From contig MU004232.1 of the NCBI GenBank assembly GCA_010405405.1, forward strand, positions 193,540 through 257,539: DNA of 64,000 nt, written 5' to 3'. The notes beneath the pieces were generated by a model, which was given only the letters and a program-made list of their open reading frames with translations, did not search any database and had not been told where the DNA came from. The translations under genes were made by a program, and so were the position numbers. This document shows, piece after piece, positions 1 to 11,090 of this stretch (position 1 is its first letter; each line of letters opens with the position of its first letter). Source of the stretch: Microthyrium microscopicum (taxonomy: Eukaryota).

Positions 1-387
1 TCAGTGAACTGAAATGTCACGGCCGATCATATAAGGTGGAATGGGATGGGAATGTGAATATTATGGAGTTGGGTCTTTGGGCTGCATTGTGTATATTATG
101 GCTGTCAATGGGGAATAAGTGTAAACTTAATGCATAGGGCACTGGGAGTTCATTTGAATACGCATGAATATGAAGCGTTCTTGCCGCTTATTTCCTGATA
201 ATTGCATAGTAGTGTCTTCCACAATCTGCTGGTTCTTCATGGCCACACTTGACTGGAGCTATACAATGGAACGCCCAGCAATATAAATAGACGGTTAATC
301 ATACCTGTCTTCCTGCTAGACTTTCGTTAGAGGTACCCACTGTCTCAATATCTTGACCTAGGAACTTGGCCACCAAAGAGTAATCAT

Positions 388-1789
388 CTAATCATCATCA
401 TCCTCAGCATCGACTTCAGACTCGCCAAGTTCAATACCCGTGAACTTTTGCTCCAGATCCAACGGATGGACAAGACGACCGGTAGCATTCTCGAAAGCCG
501 TCGCAATAGTTTCCCACAAGTCATTGAGGGAGAACTTGATGATTTCGCGAAGTAGTTTGATCTATGAATTATGAGCATCTGATCATAGTAATCATATGAG
601 GTTAGCTACGAACCTCATTACGACTTAGATGTCGGTCAGGCTCAGGATATGGAATGCGGACATTCATCTCGCGAGGTTTTTTGCCTTGTTTGTTGTTCTG
701 CTATTGAAGTGATTAGATAGACCAGCTTCAGTGCCTGTGACAGTGTCATACCTTTTGCGAATCGTTATTCTGTTGATTGCCAGACTTATCCTTCTTCCCC
801 TGATTCTCCTTTCCCTTCTCTTCACCGTCTGGCTGCATATCCTTCCAAACCGCCTTGATGAAGGCCTCCGAACGCTTAAGTTCAGCAGCAATATCCTTCC
901 AAGACTTATTCTGGCCCTTCAACCCAATAAGTTGAAACACCTCTTTATTCGTCAACGGCGCATCGCCAGGTCCACCTTGAATTTGACCTCCTTGAATTTG
1001 TTGATGTGTCGGAGCGCCCTGGAACTGTGGATTCTGCTTGCGCCAGAGGTAAGCATATGGACAGATAATCAAGATGTAGAAAAACGAAAAGAAGAGCAAA
1101 AATCTAGCAACTTCCACGAGGGGCCAATTGACGTCTGGTTGCTGATACCAGGGTAGAGGCATTGCGTCAATATTTGGTGCAGCGTTGAACGGCTTGGAGG
1201 ATTTCATGGCTTGTTCTTGCTGCAATCGAGACATTAGGGCTCCGGTGCCGCAGGAATGCAGTGATTCCGGCGCTGTATCAAGCGGTGGTTTGTACTTTAT
1301 CTGCATCGGAGTGACTGATGATAGATAGTGGGTATGGAAAGTTTCGGACGGGATCAATTGCAAGTATTTCGGGCTAGGTGCATATCTCGGGTAGTGTGCA
1401 TATGGCAGGTAGCCAAAAGGATTAAGGTGACAATGCGATGGTGTTGGGAAATGGCTTGTGGTGAGGAAATTCAACAAACTCGACGAGAGCTCCAGAGGAT
1501 CGCAACTGAGAACAAAGAATTATAACAAAGACAAAGAACTTACTATGTTTTGCTGTTTGGTTACACCACGACGAACCCAACCAATCTCATTGTTGTTTTC
1601 TTTTGGAGTTTTGCGCACTCGGGCAATTCGAAAGGGTCCAAAATAAATATCTTCCACAATGCCTTTAGACTTTGGATGTTGCTGGTTTTGCTGCTGAGCT
1701 AATTGCTGGGCCAATTGCTGGGCTTGTTGTTGCGCCTGCTGTTGCGCCAGTTGCTGCGACAGTTGCTGGGCTTCCTGTGTGTTCACCAT
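388..1789 (-). CDS. Hypothetical protein with Q/A-rich N-terminus and two Myb/SANT-like helix-turn-helix segments (4 exons)
   Basis: Joins ORFs 1520..1789 and 746..1477 plus two exons whose frames are not in the ORF track. Exons 1789-1544, 1219-752, 700-614, 561-388; all introns phase 0 with GT donors (GTAAGT, GTATGA, GTTCGT) and YAG acceptors. Motifs LTNKEVFQLIGLKGQNKSWKDIAAELKRS and EPDRHLSRNEIKLLREII...LWETIATAFENATGRLVHPLDLEQKF resemble fungal tandem Myb-like repeats. Intron 1 is long (324 nt), so the link to exon 1 is less certain. Confidence 0.6.
1690..1772 (-). repeat. Imperfect 12-nt coding repeat encoding (A/S)QQ(L/Q) units
   Basis: Translation AQQLSQQLAQQQAQQQAQQLAQQLAQQQ in exon 1 of the 388..1789 gene. 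Confidence 0.7.
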
Positions 1790-2835
1790 CTTGTCGTTGA
1801 TTTTGGGAGAGTTGTTTGGTGGAGAATATGGAGGATATGGAGAAAATAGTGTGATCTAGGAGCTTGCAAGAGTCCTGGAGCATATCAAGTATCGGAACGT
1901 TGTTCCATGATGTATAGATTGCTTTGGAAGGCAAGTGCTTTCTTGAGGTTCGAATGTTGTCACTGGGAGCCTTGAGGCCAGCTTGGACTGCCCATAACAA
2001 CCCACCAGCTCTGCATCTCCACTTGAAAGCTACGCTCTCAGGAAAGTTCGATCGCCAGACTTGAAACTTTCAGCCTAAATATGAGAATACATAATGATCA
2101 CGACGAAAATAATACAAAGAACAAGGCCTGGCCAGAGGGAATAATTGGACAAAGAAAAATGTGAGATTTGGCATATGACTAGGGAAGAGGCAGTAGATGA
2201 CCCATGATTGTCCAAGCTAGGCTACGAGCAAATCTTTTGATGTCACCTCACGCACATCTCATTCTCGAATAAACAGTGCCTTAGCTGGATCTCGAGAGCA
2301 TGTCAGAACATGCGTTTGTCTTTTCAGCGTAGTGTGAGTTCGTTGGATTCGTAAATCGTCTTCCCAGCTCTTTCCCTCCATAGCGGATCAGACTCGTAAT
2401 TGTACGCGCGCGATAGCCAACGTAGTTCCGTACCGTGATACTTTTGGACAGGTGTTGTAGGAAGTCGATGAAATGAAGTTGGAAAAGAGGCTTGAGATAT
2501 CCATTCGGGGTTAAGATGTCTGCCTCGGAGATAAATGATTGGTGTCAACGGCAGCGGACAGCCGCTTGATCCCGTCAGAGGCGCAACGATTCAGTCAACA
2601 CCATGCCCATCTCGCTGCTTCTTACCCACATCGTGTCCTGTCCTGTCCCGCCAACACCTTCCTTCCGCCTCGACAGGCCGCTACCCGCTTGCTAGTTATC
2701 GGTTTCCATGGACTGTTGTTTGCACCTGCAGTTGTCCACTGCGTAGCTGCCATCCTGGCTCTATCAGCAATCGCCTATCCGACGTAATATATCTGCTGGC
2801 GCTGCATTCCACCTTAACTGGTCAAGTGTCTCGCT

Positions 2836-5697
2836 ATGGCAGACTCTATCATGCACCTCAATGCTACCTCCAACTCGTCACTAGCCCACGATATTCTCTT
2901 TGCCGTCCCTAGGCTAGCGCGACGCGCTGGAGTGTTTGCCATTCACTTTCTTCCTGAGCAACTTGATGGTCTTTTCGGAAAAGTCTTGACTCCTGGACGT
3001 TTTGTTGCGGATGCCACAACTCTTAGTAGTACCGTCAGCAATCTATCGACCGCCAGTTCTTCTACGCCCTTCATGAGTCTTGCTACGCCCTCCGCCGTTG
3101 AGTCGGCTGCTGCCGCGGTAGAGTCCCAACTCAAAGCAACTTCTGGCTATTCCATGTCGTCTATTTACAACTTCTTGCGCGGAATTACAACCTTTAGCAG
3201 CTACATCATCTCGAAATGGGCCCTGGCTGCAGCCTTGATGGTACCACACACCCGCTTTGACTACATCCCATACTAATCTCTATAGGCATTTACCCTCGGC
3301 CGCGTCCATGTCTTTGCTTCCTCTCGTGTACCATTGCATTTCAACTTCTTTACCCGAGCCGCCCTATATTCTGTTCCCATTGCGCTTCTTGCCACCCAAG
3401 CCCTCCAGGTTCTTCAGGCTATACGATGCCAGACGTCTCCGGATTGGGCTGATTTGCGATACCACAATTCTTCAAAACAATATTCACTCGATTTCGCTGG
3501 GGAAGCCGGATGGCTCCATCACTTGAGTTCCTCAGTCTTATATTGGGAGACGGACAAGACCTCCTGTCAATCGGTCGGCATGGCTGGACTTAAGAAGTCT
3601 GACATGCCTCGTGGTTCTCTATCCATTCTTTGGCCATTGTTTCTTGGCCTTTGTGGCAGTCAATTCGTGGAAACCTTCTCTGCAGCCCTTCAAGGACGTC
3701 AGCCCATTACTGAAAATAGCATCTTCGAAATGTCACTGGCTTTTGCTGAAGCTGAGGCTCTTGTTGTCAAGCCATTTGAAGTATCATTGCTATCAGGCAA
3801 GACAGAAGCGCTTGAAAATCTGCCCATGAAGATTAGTATGGTCAAGAAGATTATGAATGCTTCACCTGAAGTTCTTCTCCTTGCGCTTATTTTTGCAATG
3901 AGTACGGTCACTAGTAATGTCCTCGCCATATTCAACAAGCGCAAAAAGTGGCGACTTGTCAACACTGGAATCTGGGGTACGGCATACATGGTTGCGTTCA
4001 TCTGGAATTTGAAACGAATGGTGCTCAGCGACGAAGAAGACTGGAATTTCCGGTTTCCCACGGTTTTCGTTGTGGGCTTCATCCCTCATCTGGTAATAAT
4101 TCTAGGTACCTTCATTTGTGCGACAATATACGCCATGGCACTGCTCATGACCGCTATTGCACCTCCAGCTGGCCAAGGAGAGCGTCGTACAATTAGAGAA
4201 CGAGTTTACGACGCATATCACAACCTTCAGGCAAACGTATATCTTGCAGCAGGAGAGACGGTGCGCTTTAGCTGGGAAGACGAGTTCTATTCCACTTTGC
4301 TCAAAGCTGGATTCATGATTCTTACTGTGGCAAGCGAAGCGGTCTACCTTACACAAGGTACCAACATTCGAGTCAGCAATCTTACCTGGCTCGAACAGGG
4401 CCGTGTCAATGAGATCAAGAAGCACCGAGGACTCTTATTCAAGAAAACTCAAGCAGCTTTGCCCAATTCGTTGAAGCGCAATGCCACCAACACTTTCATG
4501 TCAAGTGATGATTTGGACCACAATGCGTCCGGTACTCGGACTGGCTACGCTGTTGAGCGCAAGGCTCGCGCACGAAAACACACCACAGTGGATCTTAACG
4601 ATACTCAGTCTGAGCGACGAGTCTTGCTTGCAGTGAAGTTCATCAAGGGTATCTTTTGGCTTTGTGTTAGTGCTTTCGCTATGGTTGTTCTGTTCATCTG
4701 CGAATCGTTGGGAATGCGATCGCGTCCTGCATGGGTACGGAAACTAGTCGGCTCGACGACAAAGAAACGAAGCCGAGCAGAAAAGTCGCCGCAAAAGTCA
4801 CTTGATTTTTGGATCCTCAAGGAAGACGGCACTTTCCATCTCGCCCGAGATGCCAGTGTCGACGTTGAAGCAGAAATGCGTAAACAGGCAGCCCGTACAA
4901 CAGGCTCCTCCCGCGCCACTGCTTCCCGCCTATCTGAAGCCCGCGAAACCCAAATAGACGAAAAACTCTACGACTGGTGGAAGCTCGGCGGCTGGTGGGG
5001 TGAAGCCGACACAAGCGGCGACTACCAAGATTCCCAAGACCACGACGACGACTTGACCAGCGTTATCTCCATGTCAAGCAACGCTGACCCTCAGGACGAC
5101 TGGACAGACGAGGACGAAACCAGCGGCCAACGCACGCCAACCCAAGACGAGCCATTTCCCAGCCGCTCCCGCGGCCGCAACGACCTCGTGGATCCAGACG
5201 CCCTCGCCGCCCTTCTAGATCCCCAGACCACCGAACAGCAGCAAGAAGCTCGCATGCTCGCTCATCGCCTTCGCGCACCTGCCGTGCTCACACGCTCACA
5301 ATACACCCAAAACATCCTGCGCGACCGCGCCTCTGTGCTTACTAGCACACGCTCCTTCAACCCTGAGCGCAAGATACTGGACCGCGATGAAGAGGAACGT
5401 CAACTCGAGCGCTTCATTCTTGACCAGCGTCAAAATGTAGCGTCTCGACAATCACAGCATCCGCAGACAACAACCACCGGAGGCACTGAAGATTGGAGCG
5501 CTGGAGCACCAGGAATGGGCAACAGTGGCCCGATGTGTGTGGTATGTCAGGATGCGCCGCGCACAATTCTGCTGTGGCCATGTGGATGTCTGACAATCTG
5601 CGATGAGTGTCGAGTGAGCATGGCGACGCGCAACTATGTGAATTGTGTATGCTGTCGGACGCAGACAGAGGCGTTTAGTCGGCTATTTGTGCCGTAA
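2836..5697 (+). CDS. asi3: Asi1/Asi3-like multi-pass membrane RING-finger E3 ubiquitin ligase
   Basis: Exons 2836-3240 and 3286-5697 (intron GTACCA...CTAAT...TAG, in frame). Several hydrophobic segments, the motif FRFPTVFVVGFIPHL, WWKLGGWWG, and a C-terminal RING CVVCQDAPRTILLWPCGCLTICDECR...CVCCR. Confidence 0.82.
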
Positions 5698-6257
5698 TTG
5701 TGCACTGCGTAGGCGCATTGGTATGGCGTATTGGGATTCATTCTGCATTGGTCTAGCGTTATTCTGTCATTATGATGTAGCGAGGATAAGGTTGTAGTAA
5801 GTTAGCGAACAAGTAGCTGAAATGGTAACTTGCTCCTCAATTATGTTTATGTTGCTATGGCCGAATCTGTGAAATAGGGGCAAGATTGATATCAGCATCG
5901 TACTGTGACTATGACTGCCATCTATGTCCATTCTCTCTTTTGAATCTCCTTCCCCATGATTTACCCCACACAATAAGATACCCCGGGTTTAAGTGTGGCG
6001 TCTAGTGAGAATCTGGAGACCAGTTGCATATCACGGATTCATACTTCCGGCAAGGCTTGATCCACTAGCGCATACTGGTTGTTCTGCAGCAGTACGGATA
6101 CTCGGCATATCAAAATGGCAAAATCAAGGTACAATCATACTGAAGAGTAGGTAATTAAGAGCTACTTAGAGAATGTACTGCCTTCCAATTTCTCAATGGT
6201 TGAACGACATTGTAACACTACTTTCGCTCAAGTCGGATCCAAATATCATTATTGGCG

Positions 6258-8305
6258 ATGGAGAAACCTAACATAATAGTTGAATTGAACCAGCAAATAG
6301 ATCTCAAAGATGAAGCCTCCAAATCAGAAAGTTCACTGGAAGAATCCCTCCCAATTCCATCAGACAATGTTCCACTTATGGACTTGGACAATGGTCTCGT
6401 AGGCTGGGACTCACTCACAGACACAGCAAATCCCCAGTATGTCCAATTCTGAAACCGTATCACGCACAACTGACAATCTCAGAAACTGGTCCACGACCAA
6501 AAAATCCATCCTCATGGCCTTCATGGCCGTAATATCAATGCTCAGGTACCCCATCCACATCCACCACCACCACCACAAATTAACACCCTCCAGTCCCCTA
6601 ACATCCACGCTCGTCGCCCCCGGCATCCCCCTCGCCATGCGCGATCTGCACTCCCCCTCCCCCATAATCGGCTCCTTCATGGTAACCATCTACATGCTCG
6701 GCTTTACCATCGGGCCGCTCTTCCTCGGCCCATTGAGCGAGATCTACGGACGCTATCCCATCGTTATCTTAAGCACATGGTTCTACGTAATTTGGCTACT
6801 AGGCTGTGCGTTGGCGCCTACGATGAGTAGTCTCATTGTTATGAGATTATTGGCGGGCACGGGGGGCAGTGCGGTTATGGTGATTGCGCCGGCGATTGTG
6901 GCGGATTTGTATAGTGTGAGACGGAGGGCGACGGCTAGTAGTGTGGTAGTTTTGACGCAGAGTGTGGGGCCAGCGTGTAAGTTATGATGGTGGATGGGAG
7001 GGTGAAGGCTAATGGGTGGCAGTGGGTCCTATTTGTGGGGGGTTTATTGCGCAGGAGTTGGGATGGCGGTGGGTGAGTACTGATTCGAGGTATGGGATGT
7101 ATGAATGAGTACAAGGCTAATGAGATGTTAGGGATATTGGATTCTCTTGATTGTTGCGGGTTCAGTGACAGCTGGAATGACAGTTTGTATGCCGGAGTCA
7201 TATGCGCCGAAGATTCTGCAGAAAAAAACGGAACGGTTACGAAAAAGTACTGGTAGAGCTGATCTCAGATCAATGCTAGACAAGAGAATGTCAAAGAAGG
7301 CGCTGCTGGCACGGAGTATTGTCAGACCGGTGAAGGTATGTTGGCTGAAGCCTGAAGCAGTGGTATGGCCATTGAGAACGACGCATTCTGACATGTAGCA
7401 GCTTCTTACAACATCTCCAATCGTTATTTTGATATGCTCTTACTGCGCAACGATATTTGGCTTCCTTTATCTAATGATGACAACAATACCCCAGGTCTTC
7501 TCGTCGACTTATGGCTGGACGACATCCTATGTTGGGCTTGCATACACCCCCAGTAAGTCAAGAGCAACGAGAGCATATCACGAATAGCTAACAAGGACAT
7601 TTAGTCGGGCTAGGAATGATTGTCAGTCAAAGGTGACACTGGGCAATATCAAATGCTAACCAGATAGACCGCCCTCCTCGTGATAATGAAAACCAATGAC
7701 GCCAAAGTCATTAAACTAACAAAACAAAACAACAACGTCTTCGAACGTACACACTCCCTCTATATTTACCAACAACTACCACTGACTCTTGTAACAGCTG
7801 AAATGCGACTCCCAGCGACAATATACTTCGCGATCTGGATACCTATCTCGCTATTCTGGTACGGCTGGTCCGTAGACAAACATACACACTGGTACTCACC
7901 AACCGGTCCATTCCAGTCATAACCTCTCCCAAGTACTGATTCAATATATAGGATTGTACCAATATTGGGCATGTTCCCCTTCGGTTTCGGCATGCTAGGA
8001 ATCTTCTTACCATGCCAAACATACCTCGTCGATGCGTTCACAGAGTACTCTGCGTCAGCAGTCGCAGTATCAAGGGCATCAATGTCGATCGTTGGTGCAT
8101 TTTTACCACTGGCTGGACCACCATTGTATAAAGCTTTGGGATATGGACTTGGGAATAGTGTACTTGGGCTGGTGAGCTTAGTGATGGCGCCCATTCCTAT
8201 ATTGCTTTATAAGTAAGTTGATGTTACGATGAGAGAGTTCTAATGGCTAATGAATTCTGTAGATATGGCGGTTATATTCGGAGGAGATGGCCTGTGACTT
8301 TGTGA
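6258..8305 (+). CDS. MFS multidrug transporter, DHA1 family (11 exons)
   Basis: Motifs VGWDSLTDTANP.NW, GPLFLGPLSEIYGRYP, MPESYAPKIL, YLVDAFTEYSASAVA, GAFLPLAGPPLY. Introns at 6437-6482, 6546-6593, 6977-7022, 7073-7131, 7336-7401, 7553-7604, 7622-7667, 7747-7797, 7892-7951 and 8213-8262 keep the frame. Confidence 0.9.
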
Positions 8306-8653
8306 ATAGACGGATAGAAAGCTTAATGAACTGGTCAAATACTTAATCAGAATAATTCGGCTTATGAACTGTCGAACAAGTTCAAGATATCTAAATATCT
8401 AAATATCAAAATACCCTCGATATTCAACTCTTTTCATATTTGCAAGCGTACTTTGTTTCGTCCAATGTTGGAGTCATATCATGAATATTACTCTGTACGA
8501 AGTTACATTCACTGCTATAACGGATCTTCAGCAGGTACAAGGGTGTCCGAACTAGCTCCGCGATCACCATATGACTCACTTAGAAAAATATGATTTAAGT
8601 ATATTCCATTCAAGCTACTATTCACACAACTACCGCCCATCCAAGCCAACAAC

Positions 8654-9382
8654 ATGGCCCGTTCCTTTGCCATAGTACACTTGCCTCGCAAGTACGACAG
8701 TCCAGAAGTCGCTACCCATCTAGCAACTTTGGCTACCAAGTTAAAAGCCATTCGCCTTGAGGCCTTGAAAACCGACCCCGACGCGTTTGGCTCCACATAT
8801 GAGCGCGAAGTCGCTTTCACCGACGAACAATGGGCAGAGCGCCTGACCAATCCACTCGCACAACATGTAGTTGCATTGGACCTTCGAGAGCCGGGTAACG
8901 ATATGGACGGCAAATCTGATCTAGAGATGGCACTAGCTGCACCGTTCGTGGGGACGACTGTTTTGATAGGACCGCGCGCGGTTTCCAGCTCCCAAGTATC
9001 AGACTCACAAATGTCACCCAGCGCATCACCATGGGCTCAATTCCACGACGCCCCCTCCGTAACCACCGAAACACTCAGCCCTGGCACCGAATTGCAATAT
9101 GCCATGAATGGAGTATGGGTTCATCCCAATGGTCGCAGAGCCGGGCTGGGCAAGCAATTGATTGACGGCGCATTGGAAGCTGGCAAGAGAGACATGAAGC
9201 GCCTATCAGCTCCAAAACGGGTGAACGGGTTCGTGGTTGTATTCGTGGAGAAAGACAATGAACCAGCAACCGGGCTGTACGAGGCCTGTGGTTTCAAGAA
9301 CATTGGAGAGGAGGAGTACACATCAGCGGGTGGGAAGGAAGGCGTAGTTGTTGCGCTGAGGCAGAATATATCGTTGAATTGA
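8654..9382 (+). CDS. GNAT-family N-acetyltransferase
   Basis: Intronless ORF with RLEALKTDPDAFGSTYERE, acetyl-CoA-binding motif A VWVHPNGRRAGLGKQL, and motif B NEPATGLYEACGF. Confidence 0.88.
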   Translation: MARSFAIVHLPRKYDSPEVATHLATLATKLKAIRLEALKTDPDAFGSTYEREVAFTDEQWAERLTNPLAQHVVALDLREPGNDMDGKSDLEMALAAPFVGTTVLIGPRAVSSSQVSDSQMSPSASPWAQFHDAPSVTTETLSPGTELQYAMNGVWVHPNGRRAGLGKQLIDGALEAGKRDMKRLSAPKRVNGFVVVFVEKDNEPATGLYEACGFKNIGEEEYTSAGGKEGVVVALRQNISLN

Positions 9383-9419
9383 GCATTATCTGCATTGAAT
9401 TTCGTATGATTTCGTATCT

Positions 9420-10850
9420 TTAGAACCGCTGTGGACGAGGACCAGATGGAAGACCTCGGCCTGCTGGTTGTCGCTGTACACCTCCGCCTCCAGAATTCCC
9501 GTAAGGACCCGAACCGTATCCGCGTGCTGGTGGTGCATTGTCGCCTTGTGTTTGTTCACTGCCGCCTCCGCGACCCCATCGTGAGCTATAGCCTCCTCCT
9601 TGTTGACCTCCTGAATCGTTATTGCCTGCAGGCGCTCTCCTGTTATCACCATAGTTCGGAGTTTGAAACTGCGCACCTCCAGCTGGCGCACCATATTGTC
9701 CCCCTCCTCCCCCAAATCCAGGACTTGCCTCTCTAGGTGGTGGTGCATATCCCCCACCTCCTTGTCCACCACCTCCAGTATTATTTTGCGGGCTCGTCGA
9801 TCTCCCACCACCCCATAATCGTTGCTTGAGCATGTCTTTTGCCGTAGCAGGTCCAGACCCCTGACTAAGCGCAGGCGACGGCGCGCCTTCCTGTCCGGAC
9901 ATGCGCCCAGTACTCTGATAACTCCCCATCCGACTATTTGCCTGCGGTCTCGCGCCTCCAGAATTGCCATATAAATCACCGAACCGTCCCGGTCTCGCAG
10001 CTTGCGGCGCCGGTGGACCTTGATCTTGCTGCTGTTGTTGCCCGAATCTAGGTTGTCTTAGGGAACCGCCCTGTTGCTCCTGGCCCTGTCCGCTAGCAGG
10101 CCGATCCCATAAATCGCTGATTCCAGCTTTTCCCCATCGACCGCCCGCAGCTTGTTGCCCTTGTCCAGGACCAGGCTGTTGGCCATAACCCATAGCCATG
10201 TTGTTGTAGCTAGCAGCCTGTGGCGGAGGGGGAGCCTTTGGGTCCGGTGGTAACCATTCTGGGAACGGTCGTCCCTTTTCAGTGTAGTATGCGCGTAGAA
10301 CTCTTGAGATATGCGAATCGTCTTCTGTGTCGCCGTCTGTTTCGGAGTTTATGAGACCGCGTTTGAGATTGTTATATTTTGAGGTTGTGGAGTTGAGGAA
10401 GGAGGAGAGATATGAGGCTGCTGACATGGCGACGGAGCTGGGTGCCCAGGAGGCACGGCGCTCTGGAGTTGGACGCTGCTCTGGAAACTCGTCGAGATTT
10501 GGAGACTGATTGATTGATTGTGCGCGATCTCGGGTTGTAAGGCCTGGTCGTAGTCGGGCAACTTGCGGGTTCGATAGCTGTTCAGATGAGGGGCGGGTTT
10601 GGCCTAGTGCGGGTCGGGATGGGCTTCCAAAGGGATTGTTGAATGCTGGTCTTGCTTCACGCTGATCTGGCGAATCGATGTTACTGTCGGGTAGTGAAGC
10701 TGTCGATTGGAAGTATGATGGGTTGTGGATGTGTTGGGCTCTAAGATGTGGTGGAAGGTGAGGTGGAGGGTGACCCCAGCGCCTGTTGGGGGTGCCAAGA
10801 CGGCCATTATGATATGACGATGGTTGGCTTGGTGAGTTTGAGCGTTGCAT
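9420..10850 (-). CDS. mso1: Mso1-like Sec1-binding exocytosis protein
   Basis: Conserved Sec1-binding block DGDTEDDSHISRVLRAYYTEKGRPFPEWLPPDPK followed by a G/Q/P-rich tail ending GRGLPSGPRPQRF. The start may be the internal Met at about 10427 (MSAASYLSSFL). Confidence 0.8.
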   Translation of the reverse strand: MQRSNSPSQPSSYHNGRLGTPNRRWGHPPPHLPPHLRAQHIHNPSYFQSTASLPDSNIDSPDQREARPAFNNPFGSPSRPALGQTRPSSEQLSNPQVARLRPGLTTRDRAQSINQSPNLDEFPEQRPTPERRASWAPSSVAMSAASYLSSFLNSTTSKYNNLKRGLINSETDGDTEDDSHISRVLRAYYTEKGRPFPEWLPPDPKAPPPPQAASYNNMAMGYGQQPGPGQGQQAAGGRWGKAGISDLWDRPASGQGQEQQGGSLRQPRFGQQQQQDQGPPAPQAARPGRFGDLYGNSGGARPQANSRMGSYQSTGRMSGQEGAPSPALSQGSGPATAKDMLKQRLWGGGRSTSPQNNTGGGGQGGGGYAPPPREASPGFGGGGGQYGAPAGGAQFQTPNYGDNRRAPAGNNDSGGQQGGGYSSRWGRGGGSEQTQGDNAPPARGYGSGPYGNSGGGGVQRQPAGRGLPSGPRPQRF

Positions 10851-11090
10851 TCGATATCAATTGTTTTCACTTTTACTTTGAGCGGCGTCTTGAGAGTTGT
10901 GAGAGACTTACTGCCTACTCGGACTTTTATGTCTATGGTGTCGTTGTTACACAGCATTGTGCATTCCTATACTCCTGTCTCGGATCCCTAGAAGGGACCA
11001 GAACATCTCGATAAAGAATCATAATGATCATGAAACGTGTATTAAGAACAGTATATGTACAGATGAGTGGTATCTTTGCTTTTGTTGCTC

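Noticed and set aside
6555..6576. Poly-His tract (HIHHHHH) in the MFS ORF
   Set aside because: It is the translation of a CAC-rich intron (6546-6593), not a metal-binding motif.
9386..9979. Alternative-frame and antisense ORFs over MSO1 and other GC-rich CDSs (also 29947..30465, 38605..39087, 60436..60906)
   Set aside because: Shadow ORFs produced by codon bias and low complexity of the real genes.
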